A stretch of DNA of 64,000 nucleotides, taken from Ruditapes philippinarum (Eukaryota). Both the position numbers and the translations under genes were made by a program. The stretch spans positions 186,001 to 250,000 of the forward strand of contig NW_026865168.1 of NCBI RefSeq assembly GCF_026571515.1, given 5' to 3'. Below the pieces are notes generated by a model that saw only the letters and a program-made list of their open reading frames with translations, searched no databases and was not told where the DNA came from. Positions 12,637 through 24,100 of the stretch are shown here, piece after piece. Every line of letters starts with the position of its first letter. Within the stretch, counting starts at the first letter, position 1.

Positions 12637-14719
12637 CACGCCTACTAAACGGTGGCTCTTTTACATTTTGGTGATCTGTTTAAATGAGAGCCATCGACAC
12701 ATCCGTTGCAGAGCCCTCGATGAAAACAAGACTGAAAAAGGTAATAAATTTTAGTAAAAATATCAATTTAAAAAGATCATGCTTGTTTTTCAAAAATCGA
12801 AGAATGTCATGCCACGTAGAACATTTTTCTCATCATGTTGGGTGAAGTTTCGATAAGAAATACCCTAAAATGACGTTGCTAGAACTTTTACCAAATATAA
12901 CCTTTTGGGTTTTCTTTTACGAGGATACATTTTTTTAGTGATTTCCCTACCGTAAAGTAGATGATGACCCACTTAATCGTGTATATAGAATTGTCCCAAC
13001 CGCCTCTTTGGACCAACACAAAAAATAACTTACAGAACTTTCTTGAAAACCAAATAATCAAATATTTATTATTGTGATCGAGCCATCGACAAGGTGCTGG
13101 CGCCATCGGCAATGTGAATGAGCCCTCGAAAATGTGATGGAGCCAACACTATCATTAATTTTGTGATAACATGACGGAGTTTAACCGTTACTTAACATAT
13201 ACAATTTCGCATGCATCGTATCATTGGGTTGACGTATTGAATTAAAATACGCGATCTGATTATTCGAATTCATGAACATTGAAGTAAAACCTCTTTTTAT
13301 AAAATATTAACATATTAGCACACAAAAATAGTTTTTTACTTTTAGTCAGTAAAATTTCAGTTTTTAATTTTGAAATTTATGAAACTTTCAGGTGGAATAT
13401 CGACATGAATAAGGGGATACAAAAAAGATTTTCATGTGGTGTGTGTAGAAAGACGTACGCCAATAAGGCCATGGTTAAATTTCATATAAAAAAACTATCA
13501 TGAGCAGGCGGCCTCTCGACTACAGAACTGTTTGGTACAATAATTGCATGTGTGGTTCTTCTTTATACTTTTTTCGCATCTTTGGAGGTGTCGTTTTAAG
13601 TTGCGTTCATAAGTAAAATGTTTCTCACACTTCCTACAATTCAGCTCATTGACATTGTGTTTTTTTTTTCGTATGTGGTCCGTCCTGTCTTTTTGTGTAG
13701 AATGAACTATTGCATTCTTTAATCGTGCACACAAGTTCCCTTTCTCGTGTATTTACACGATCAACGTGCCTTTTAAGAGAAGATGGTGTTGCGTATCGCC
13801 CATCACATATACCACATAATGTACTGGTCGCCGCCTGCTCATGATAGTTTTTATATGAAATTTAACCATGGCCTTATTGGCGTACGCCTTTCTACAAACA
13901 TCACATGAAAATCTTTTTTGTATCCCCTTATTCGTGTCGAGATTCCACCTGAAATTTACATAAATTTCAAAATTAACAACTGAAATTTTACTGACTAAAA
14001 GTAAAAAAAACTATTTTTGTGTGCTAATCTGTTAATATTTCATACAAAGAGGTTTTACTTCAATTTTCATGAATTCGAATAATCAAATCGAGTATTTTAA
14101 TTCAATATGTCAACCCAATGATACGATGCATGCGAAATTGTATATGATAATCAGTTAGGTATAATAACGGTTAAAATCCATCATATTATCACAAAATGAA
14201 TGCTGGTGTTGGCTCCATCACATTTTCGAGGGCTCATTCACATTGCCGATGGCGCCAGCACCTTGTCGATGGCTCGATCACAATAATAAATATTTGATTA
14301 TTTGGTTTTCAAGTAAGTTCTGTAAGTTATTTTTTTGTGTTGGTCCAGAGAGGAGGTTGGGACAATGCTATGTACACGAATACATGGGCCAGCATCTACT
14401 TTACGGTAGGGAAATCACTCAAAATGTGTATCCTCGTAAAAGAAAACCCAAAAGGTTATATTTTGTAAAAGTTCTAGCAACGTCATTTTAGGGTATTTTT
14501 TATCGAAACTTCACCCAACATGATGAGAAAAATGTTCTACGTGGCATGACATTCTTCGATTTTTGAAAAACAAGCATAATCTTTTTAAATTGATATTTTT
14601 ACTAAAATTTATTACCCTTTTCAGCCTTGTTTTCATCGAGGGCTCTGCAACGGAAGTGTCGATGGCTCTCATTTAAACAGATCACCAAAATGTGAAAGAG
14701 CCACCGTTTAGAAGGCGTG
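12637..14719. mobile_element. Foldback non-autonomous DNA transposon, CAC...GTG termini, 5-bp TSD AGTAC
   Basis: Arm 12637-13512 is the reverse complement of 13830-14719, with a 317-bp spacer. Ends are CACGCCTACTAAACGG and CCGTTTAGAAGGCGTG. AGTAC flanks both sides (12632-12636, 14720-14724). Confidence 0.9.
13513..13948 (-). pseudogene. Frameshifted, truncated tandem C2H2 zinc-finger exon inside the foldback element
   Basis: After acceptor TTTCAG, with two frameshift corrections: FSCDVCRKAYANKAMVKFHIKNYH, LCGICDGRYATPSSLKRHVDRVN, LVCTIKECNSSFYTKRQ..DHIRKKKH, LNCRKCEKHFTYERNLKRHLQRC, HTCNYCTKQFCSREA (cut at the arm junction). Confidence 0.8.
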
Positions 14720-14818
14720 AGTACCGCTTCCGACAATCTTAAGTCCCTGGCGAGATTTGGACCCACAGCGGTGTGGGGCAAGTGGTTTAATGTCAGCAAC
14801 ATTAACCTGACGGCCACT
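14720..14818 (-). mobile_element. tRNA-like head of the interrupted V-SINE
   Basis: AAGTCCCTGGCGAGATTTGGACCCACAGCGGTGTGGGGCAAGTGGTTT...TTAACC matches 4710-4785. Confidence 0.75.
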
Positions 14819-15454
14819 TACGCTGCTTAATACGAATGATATACATGAAGTTGTGTTAAAGTCTCGGATAGTAGTGACCGTATTATACCGGTATGTAGTT
14901 AATATAACATTAGGAAACGAACATTCTTTAAGTGTATAATCGTCATAGATAAATGGTATATTGCTGTTCTTGACCAATATAATTTTGTAAATGTAACCTA
15001 CACTTAATATTTTTTAAAAAGCTGGTTTCTTACGTTTTAAAAGTGTTGTACAAGTTATTAAATACAAATAGTTTAACTTACTGTTGCGCTAGAAAACTTT
15101 CCGTATCCATACTGGATTGTAAATATTTTCAGAATAAAATAATAAAAAATTCTTTAATTTTAAACAAAGTAACAGTATTTATTAGTAAGTAAAAAAGCGT
15201 CTTTTATATGTATGATCCTGAAGTTGTTTACATTTCTCCATCGACAATTGTTATTCAGTTTTATAATACATGTAAATGCATTAATATAAAGTACGTAGTT
15301 AGTACAATATTGCACACATTTTCTTAAATCAATGAAGTTTTGTGGTAACACGTGTTATTGAATATAATTGATTTGAGATTTGCGTGACGGCATAGTGAAC
15401 TATGTCATATAACTGTATAAAAATATATTACATATACAATGTAATATCATTTAT

Positions 15455-15651
15455 ATTACAGCACGTTTGTAACGTCGCTTTTCATAGGATAATCGTTAAT
15501 TTTATATAAACTTTTCAGATTCCCGACTGCTGACATTTTATGAATTATTTAACCTTATATCTACGGTTGTTTGAAATATAACCCACGCCTGGTGACTCAA
15601 ATTATATATGCAAACGATCGTTTAGGACCATGTAACCTGTCAAAAATCTTT
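15455..15651. repeat. Member of a dispersed hairpin-bearing repeat family (related pieces at 8337-8380, 23335-23410, 55335-55616)
   Basis: Shared motifs ACGTTTGTAACGTCGCTTTT..CAT and AAAGATTTTTGACAGGTTATATGG or its reverse complement. Confidence 0.65.
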
Positions 15652-18102
15652 ATGAACAGAACAGAACAAATTTTTTTATACATGTATCTTGTTAATACAA
15701 CAACAAATTAAATACCTACTGCACTAATGAGTGTATGTGTAGTGTTCTAAATAGAACCAACCCTTAAAGGGATTGTTTGATAACACAGACCCTAAGGATA
15801 GTTTCTAGCTTTTTATGTCTACTGTTCAAGTGTATTGTAAGAACTCACTACAAGTATCAGAGAGGCAGACCATGCGCATTATATTGGAGGCGGGGCATAT
15901 CAGAACTGACATCAGCACGTTACAGTATGGAACTGGGGCCCGTATTATCAACGGTCGTACGACCGTTTTTATCATACGATTGTCGTACGTTAATCGTACG
16001 ATAGTAGCTGTGTCTTATTAAACGTCGCAGGTTTTCTTAATCGTACGATTATCTTACGATAAAGGCGTTTTTACTACGATCGCCGAAAAGCAGACGTAGA
16101 TCAAAGACAATGACCGCCATGCTTCAGGTAAGTGCTAAAAGGCCGAAGAAAAAACTCGACCGTTCAGGCATCGAAAGCACAGTTGGATAGCCCGAGTTGT
16201 CTACTACTACCAGAACGGGCTACACGACGACGTCTGCTACGACTAGGGTGACTACGACTTAGACTTCGCCGACTTCGATGAAAACTACAACGATGGCGAC
16301 GACTTTGGTCACACCTAGAACAATGGCAAGAGCGGCAACTCCGATTATAACGACTGGGGCCATTTTCTTACCACATTCTGCAGGCAAAATAGTTCTTTAG
16401 TTTTTGATTGAACAATGTAAGTATATCGTACCGTACTCTTAATGTAGGCATCATGGGTACAGGATGGGGGGTCAAAGAAGATATCGAGACCGAGACGGAG
16501 AACAACTGTTCAAGATCCGCCAGATGAGGGAACCAGTTTATGGCTTAGCTTAAAACTGGAGTGAATTGTCCGATACGCATGTCTGAGATGCCGATTAGAT
16601 AACAACTGACCGAAGCACCCTTGCTTCCGTGTGTCTGTCCGTATGGCTAATGTCAGTACACCGTGCACGTCCGCTTAATAAGATCCTTTATTTAGGCAGA
16701 AATACACATATCGCATTAATATATATATATATATAAAAAAAAAACACACAAAATCATTTATTTGTCTACCACTATAAATGCTATTTTAAATCAAGATTTT
16801 ACAACATGTGGAATTTATCTTTTATACGGTTCTTGAAATGATTTATGGCTTTAAAACAAAATTTTATGTTATTTTTTATTATAGAACGCACATTAAACAT
16901 GTGTATTGTGCGTATTTAAGTAAGATAATAAAACCTAACTAATTGCCCCCCAGTAAGTAAGTTTATATTTTATCATAAATATGACAATAGTGAAGTGACA
17001 ACTTTATTTTACACAAAATAATCTAAATGGAAAAAGATATATAAAAATATTACAAGTAGACTAGTATGAAACATGTTATCAACTTAAATATGTTTAAATA
17101 AACAAGCGAGTTATGTTTTTACCTACTATAACCCCATAATCATACAACATCTATCTTAAAGCGTTTACCTCCAACAGTTTGTTAAGTTTTGATAAAATCT
17201 CTTGTCAAGTGTACAAATTACATGGTAGAACACAGTTTATGCAGAAATAACTTATAACTTGTCAAATATAAAAAAACCCGTACTGTGATACTAATGGGGT
17301 AAAAACTAAGACATAAAATTAGTATGTATACATGTACGTATACTGTTATATTGTATGACTGTGCATATTCAAAATTTCACATAAGATATAATTGTGAATA
17401 TAAATATACTATAAACTACCGATATATTTTCTCTTAAGCAGGATTCTTAAGTCCTTTATGGTTTATCTCCCCCTCCCCCGCCCCTCCAAATATTTTTTTC
17501 AAGATATCGTTTTGTCAAGACTAAACTAGAAATATTATTCTGAGTTGGATGTAGATTTGGACCAAGAGCTTGTGTGCAAATTTTCAGATCATTTCTTCAA
17601 CCAATTATTCCAAAAATCATCATTTACGTATATAGAGCACAATGACCCAAATGTACGCTTCTTACTCAAACCCTGATTAGAATCGCAGATAAAGCCGATT
17701 TTCTGGATAATTTTGAGCATATTTCAATATTATCCTTTGTAGATTTTTCTATTTTTAAGTGCTTCACTTGATCTAAGCAAGAATTTCAAATTTTAGGTTT
17801 TGAGGCGTTTTGGCCCCAGCTCCTTTAAACTGGAAATGAACATTTAATCATGGTTAAATAAGTACAATGTCTCGTTCCTCTAACATTTTATATTCATGAT
17901 TTCTTTTTTGTATTCATGATTTTCTTTTTTGTTACCCTACTTTTAATGTCGTTAACAAGTGAAGTAGAAACTATAAAGCCCTTGATGACGATATTGATGA
18001 TAAATTATAAAATAAATATGAATGATCATAATTTAGAAGATAGATATAAAAATGATTAAAGCACAAAATAACTACCAATCCATAGCGGACCATTAAAACA
18101 GG

Positions 18103-21100
18103 ATGTCGTCAAAGAGAGTGCAGAATTTCCCTGTGTTATATTTTATTTTGATAGTTTGGTGCTTCAAAACAGGTGAGTGGATTTCTTAAATGGATGCTTC
18201 ATGTTGTTTTTTTCTTCTTCATTTTGTTGTGTCGATCTTGATAGCATTTTTTATTTCTTTGAAGATATGTGATTTTAATGCTTATGGGGAAAACGATTTT
18301 GGTCTTCAACTGCTAACATTAAACGCAATGCACTGAAAACATAACTGTTGATTAAAATCAATGCTAAAAGCATTATAAATCTGAAGCTGATGGTAAGTTC
18401 ATGTCAGTAACTTAGGATGGAAAAAGCTCACAATAATTATGAGGTCTTATGATCTTATTCCATACTTGTTGTCATAACATGGAAGCCACGTCATTTAAAG
18501 GCCTGTGTATATTTTAAAACATGCATGGAATTAGATTAATATATATTCTTAAAGTACAACTCTTGCTGGGTATAGTTCACACAGAACAGAATATCTATTT
18601 GCTTATAATAATATAAACTGCAAACTCATTTCTATTTATAGGATTATATCAAGCCTTATCAACAACTGATCGCACAACAGATCATACATCATCTGCACAA
18701 ACTCCAGCCCTGTCTTTACCTTCAAACATAACGTCAAATTCCACATCAGATTTTCTGACTACCACTGCTGCTGCAGTAACTTCTACGACAGGTTAGTAGA
18801 ATATTGATTTATCTCAAATGGTATCGGTTTGAGACAGCAATAAACTTTCAATTTACAGCCGCCCTTTACAGTATTCCATTTCGTTATTCTTGAGATAATG
18901 CATTGTATCATTTCTGAACATGAACACACTATCGTATCAAATCCATTTTTGTTCTTACTGCAGCTTACAGTAACTTTTCCTTTGTTGATTATATAAGGTA
19001 ATCAAATATAATTATTATATAATAGAATGTATTATTCTACGTAATTACAGGTAGTGGAACTTGTAACAACTTAGGATACGTGTATGACATTGAAGACAGT
19101 GTTCATTACAATTTGTATATTGGAAACTGCCGTGACAGCTGGTGCAATAGCTCATTTTGGGGAGGTCGCGTACAGATTCCGTGGCAGGGAAATATCAACA
19201 AACAATGCTCAAAAAGGCCAAACGATTATTTTGCCGTGTTAAAAGGTAATGGTTATCATGCTTCTTGTATAAGAAAATACGAAACATGCATCATTTTATA
19301 GAATCAGAGGATTTGTAATACTATTTCGTACAAATCACCAACGTTTACTAGTATTTATCTTTTTTGTTATAGTTTTGTATCTTATAAAGAGCTTTAACTT
19401 ATACAAAGCAACTTTAGATATGTATTTTGAGATAAGGAAATCTAATTATATGTGAGAAATATCATGAAGTTAGCCAGACAGTCGGAACAGCCCGAGTAGC
19501 TGGAACGTTTTTTGTCTTGTCCGGCTATTCCGTCCGGAAACCGGTTCCAGCTGAACCGGATAGCCAGAGTTGATACATTTATACCTGTGTTAAACATAAT
19601 AATAAAAATAATCTAGTTTCAAATTCGATATCCTGCTATTCCGGCTGGTGTACGGACATAATCCCCTTCGGACAAAATCCCCTTCATGTATTTTTGTATA
19701 TCTGGACATAATCCCCTCCATGGGTGGACATAATCCCCTTCATGTGTGAAATTTTGAAGTGGACAAAATCCCCTTCATAAAATTGCTACCTAGGACAAAA
19801 TCCCCCTCGGAGGAATTTTTGGTTTATAAAGTGGGTATGAGAGTGACATACTGCATTATGCTGTGTGGTAAATATCTTAATGTATAAAAATGTAGAAAAT
19901 ATTTCAGCAGAAAAGCACATTCAATTAGCACATTTTAATCATGTTAAAATTGCTTTATTAAAGCATTCATAACAATCAATCAAGTAGTGCAGTGATCTTG
20001 GTTTGATTAAATTATCACTCTTTCATCAATAGAAATTGTAATCAATGAAACAATTATTGGCTAATAAAATGTTTTTCATACTAATCAATTTAAAACAATT
20101 AAAGAAATTGCCTAATCAAAAATGTGTTACGCAGTTGATAATTTACCATAATTTTAATGAAAACATCTAAACTAAATAAAGGTTAACTATTGATACATAA
20201 TGATAAATAAAAAACAAAAGTTCATTATTCATCAATTTTTAGGGAGTATAATAATACATTATTCATCAATTTTATGGAGCATAATAATACATAAGAAACC
20301 TATGAAACAAGGGGATTTTGTCCGGATAGTGAAGGGGATTTTGTCCGGCCTTGCAAAAAAAATGAAGGGGATTATGTCCACCCATGAAGGGGATTTTGTC
20401 CGGGTAGGCGAAGGGGATTTTGTCCGAAGGGGATTATGTCTGACATTCATTCCGGCTAGCTAGAATAACCGGAATCACGGCTGCTACTGACGACCAAACA
20501 AGTTCGACACAAATTTAAGGAGAATGTGTCCGTCTTAAATGATGTGTCTGTGTTATACTGGTATATGTGTGTCCGTCGGGTATACTCTGGTATTCTGCCG
20601 ACGTCCGGACTGTAAATGGTCAATTTAACTTATAATCTCGACATTTCCGGCTGGCCCCTGTGAGGCTGTGGCTTGATTCCGCAGAAGCCGATATGGTGAG
20701 ATGATTAGGAGGTAAGATTATAATATATTATATGGTTGGATAGTTAGAGGGTCATGTAATCCCGAGACTCAGTTCCACAGGAACATATTAAGTTTCATGC
20801 TTTGGGGTCCGACTGTGTGTCAGCTGTTATACTCTGGTATTTTGGTTATTATAGCTCAAATGTTGCCATTTATTTATGTAATTACACAACAACATTTTCT
20901 TAGTATTAAGGTAAATACATGTATCAAAAGTATCTCAATTTAAATAACATGATCATTTGTACTTTTGTTAAACATAGGAATATTTGTTTCGAACTGGCCT
21001 AATTTACAAATTAGATTAAATTAGATATTTGAGCTTCTAAAATTAAGATGACATATTTCAAGTTTCAGTGGTTAGTATCGTCTTTAAATCATTGGGGACA

Positions 21101-24100
21101 ATCTGGTGTTCATTTGATATATTTTGAATGAGACGTTGAGAAGCTGTCATATAAATGAATGCATGTTTTGTGGAGCAAGTTCATTTTGAAAATTTTGAAA
21201 ATATGTGGAGTGAAAAATTGAGTTGCGGTACAGCCTCTTTTCATGTTATTTTCAATGCACATGCACTGAGTTTGAACAGGAATCAGTGCAGAAATTTATA
21301 AATGTAATTGTCATAAATTAAGTCATTACCTTTAATGTATAACTATGGTATGAAATGCTAAATGAATGTAAATATTATTTTTAAAAAAATATCGTGATCT
21401 CGTGTTTTAATTCAAGGTTAAGTTCTCTATAATTGCAAAAAAGCGTAAAACAAAGGTTACCATGATTGCGAAAATATATTTTGTACATAAGGAGGCAGAA
21501 TACCTCAGTATTTCCAACGGACCGGCTTATAAAATCGGACACACGGTCAGATCCAGTAACCATCCCACCATATGGGGCTCTGTGGCATTTTGGCGTGGGC
21601 TCACAGGGACCAGCCAGAAATAGCGAGATGTGAGCTGGAATTACCATTTATAGTACGATTTTCAACTCAACGTCGTCAAAATAACCACAGTATTCTCGAG
21701 AGACACACCTATACCAGCGGACAAACTATCAGACCAGCTTATTATCCCACCGAATCGGGTTTTACGGAATTGAGCCTGGGTCTCACTTCCGCAAGCAGGA
21801 AATGTCAAGATATGAGCTAAAATGACCATTTGTGGTACGATTTCGGCTCAACGGCGGCAAAATACTAGAGTATTTCTGACGGACACACCTATACCAGTGG
21901 ACATCCGGACACACCGTTCACAACACACATATTATTAAATCTGTCAACGGATTTTTTTTCACCGTAAGTAATCTTGATTTCGGTTATTCTGGCTAGGCGG
22001 AAGAGCCAGATATCGAGTTGATGAGTACTTTGAAACTTCATTAATGAGTAAACCAATTACCTTTTGCACGTGTTTTACTGTGCAGTATTAGTTCTGGTCG
22101 GAACCGGATTCAGGCAAACCGGACTACCTACAACAGCCGGACTAGACAAAAATGTTTTCCGGCTGTTCCGACTGTCTGGTTTTACTTCAAGAACGTATGT
22201 AAAAACCCTGTTAAACAGGTCAATATTTTTCCAGTTGCAAACAAGAACGTTGAAAAATCAAAAAGCTTGTTCAAAGGTATAAGATTACAAGCGGCTTTCG
22301 ACTGTCTAAAGTCTTAAAGTAACAGAACGAGCACCGAACATTAGTCTATCTAAGTATAAATCAGATTGCCGAGTGTTTTGATGTTCTTTCTCTTTTGTAT
22401 CATAATCAAAAATAAAAACAATCTGTTGTTGTATCACAGTTTGGGGACCTTTCTGTTGAAAATTTGTCAGAGTTAAATCGTATACATATACATGTACAGT
22501 GCGTTAACTGATGTGAGGGTATTAATTAGTTACCCGCACTCCAGAGCATGCCATTTAATTGGTTCATTTTGTCTGGGGTTTACATATTGTGAAGATAGAG
22601 AAAGGGATAGCGTTAGAAATATCATTTTCAGATGCTCGTTCATTGGTTACCTTTTTTCTGGGGTTTCATATTGTGACATCAGGGAACGTGTTTTTATTTT
22701 TGACTATGGTACAAAAGAAAAAGAAAAATAGCTCTTGCTAATACTTGGTGTTTTTTTTTAATCAGAAGAGCACATGGATATATCGGATATAGGCGAGAAT
22801 GTCATTACAGCGGAAGTTTGCATATTAAATCACACTGATGAATGTATAGGAAATTTCACTGTAGAAATGAGAACTTGTAACGGTCACCTACTATACAGAT
22901 TTCCGTTGGGCTCTGACTACAACATTTACTACAATACTTACGTTTGTTTTGGTATACTTTCGTTTTGTTTCCTTTATAAAACAAATTGGAAAATAAGTTA
23001 TTGCGAGAATTTTTTTATTATAACCATTAATACTGTGGAATATTTATATAAGTTAAATGTAAAAAGAATGTTCACATCTCGAGCCTCTGATGATACCTTT
23101 GTTTATAGACAATTGATTGTTGTGAATTATGAGGCAAGGTGCAAGCTCGTTATATTAGTGGATATAATATAATATCTCAAAAATTTTGATTTTATGCTGG
23201 CAAAAATTCTAAAACTTTTCATTTATTATTTTGCAGATAGAGTAAATACAGATTGTAAGTATCAGGTAAAAATTATTAAATGATATTTTCTAAAATTAAA
23301 CTTGTTGTCAGATAGTTATATATGTATACCTGTATGATACTGCACGTTTGTAACGTCCTTTTTTCATTAGATAATCGTAACGTTTATATAATCTATATAC
23401 ACGGCTGCAGTCGATTTATGATGTTATTTCATGTTTTCTTGCATATCAGACAGGATTATCTACAGTTTGCACCGGTACTAGAAAAACCTGTCTTACATGA
23501 GTGTGTAAGACAGGTTTTTCTAGCACCGGTGCAAACGGTAGATAATCCTGTACTTTAACTGACGTCATTGTCTCGCGCCCTTTATGAATCATATGCGTTC
23601 TTAGGATGACGTCATTTTACTGTTATGAATTAACTTGTAAGTCTATACGCAACTATAAGAAACAAGTGCTTAATGAGAATATCAGTTTTCGTAATTTCTG
23701 TTCTGAAAATAATTGATATGTATTATGCAATATTAAGAATCAAGTACAGACGGGAATATCTAGCTCTCGGGTAACTGTTTCGGCAGAGCCTCGTTACCGC
23801 CGTAAACAGTTACCCTCGAGGTAGATATTCCGGTCTGTACCGGCAGCCAGTTTTAAATTCTTATATTCTCGAGTTAAAGAAATTTGCAGTCTTATAACAA
23901 AGATTCATTTAAGATCGTATATAAAAACAGTTATTTGCATCATAGCCCTCTCCTACCGGCTCATATAGGACACTATAACATGTGCAAATAATTTCATAGT
24001 GTAGATCTAGATACACTGTTATATCAGTTTTGTTGAGAACACGGGTACAAAGTTAACAATCAACATATAATATAAAGACCAAAACAGAACACTATTGTTG

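Noticed and set aside
12888-14491. Twin ORFs MPMAPAPCRWLDH... as a duplicated gene
   Set aside because: They are mirror images from the palindrome arms, start at TTG and differ by frameshift.
12629-14728. Polinton/Maverick (AGTAGT start, long TIRs)
   Set aside because: AGTAGT belongs to the SINE target and TSD. The true ends are CAC/GTG with a 5-bp rather than 6-bp TSD, and there is no polB, integrase or capsid sequence.
8337-15651. A 7.3-kb transposon bounded by AAAGATTTTTGACAGGTTATATGG inverted repeats capturing the 157-aa gene
   Set aside because: The motif is the arm of a short dispersed hairpin family (both arms within ~100 bp at 55335-55430). The 15651 copy has its own local partner and no TSD is evident.
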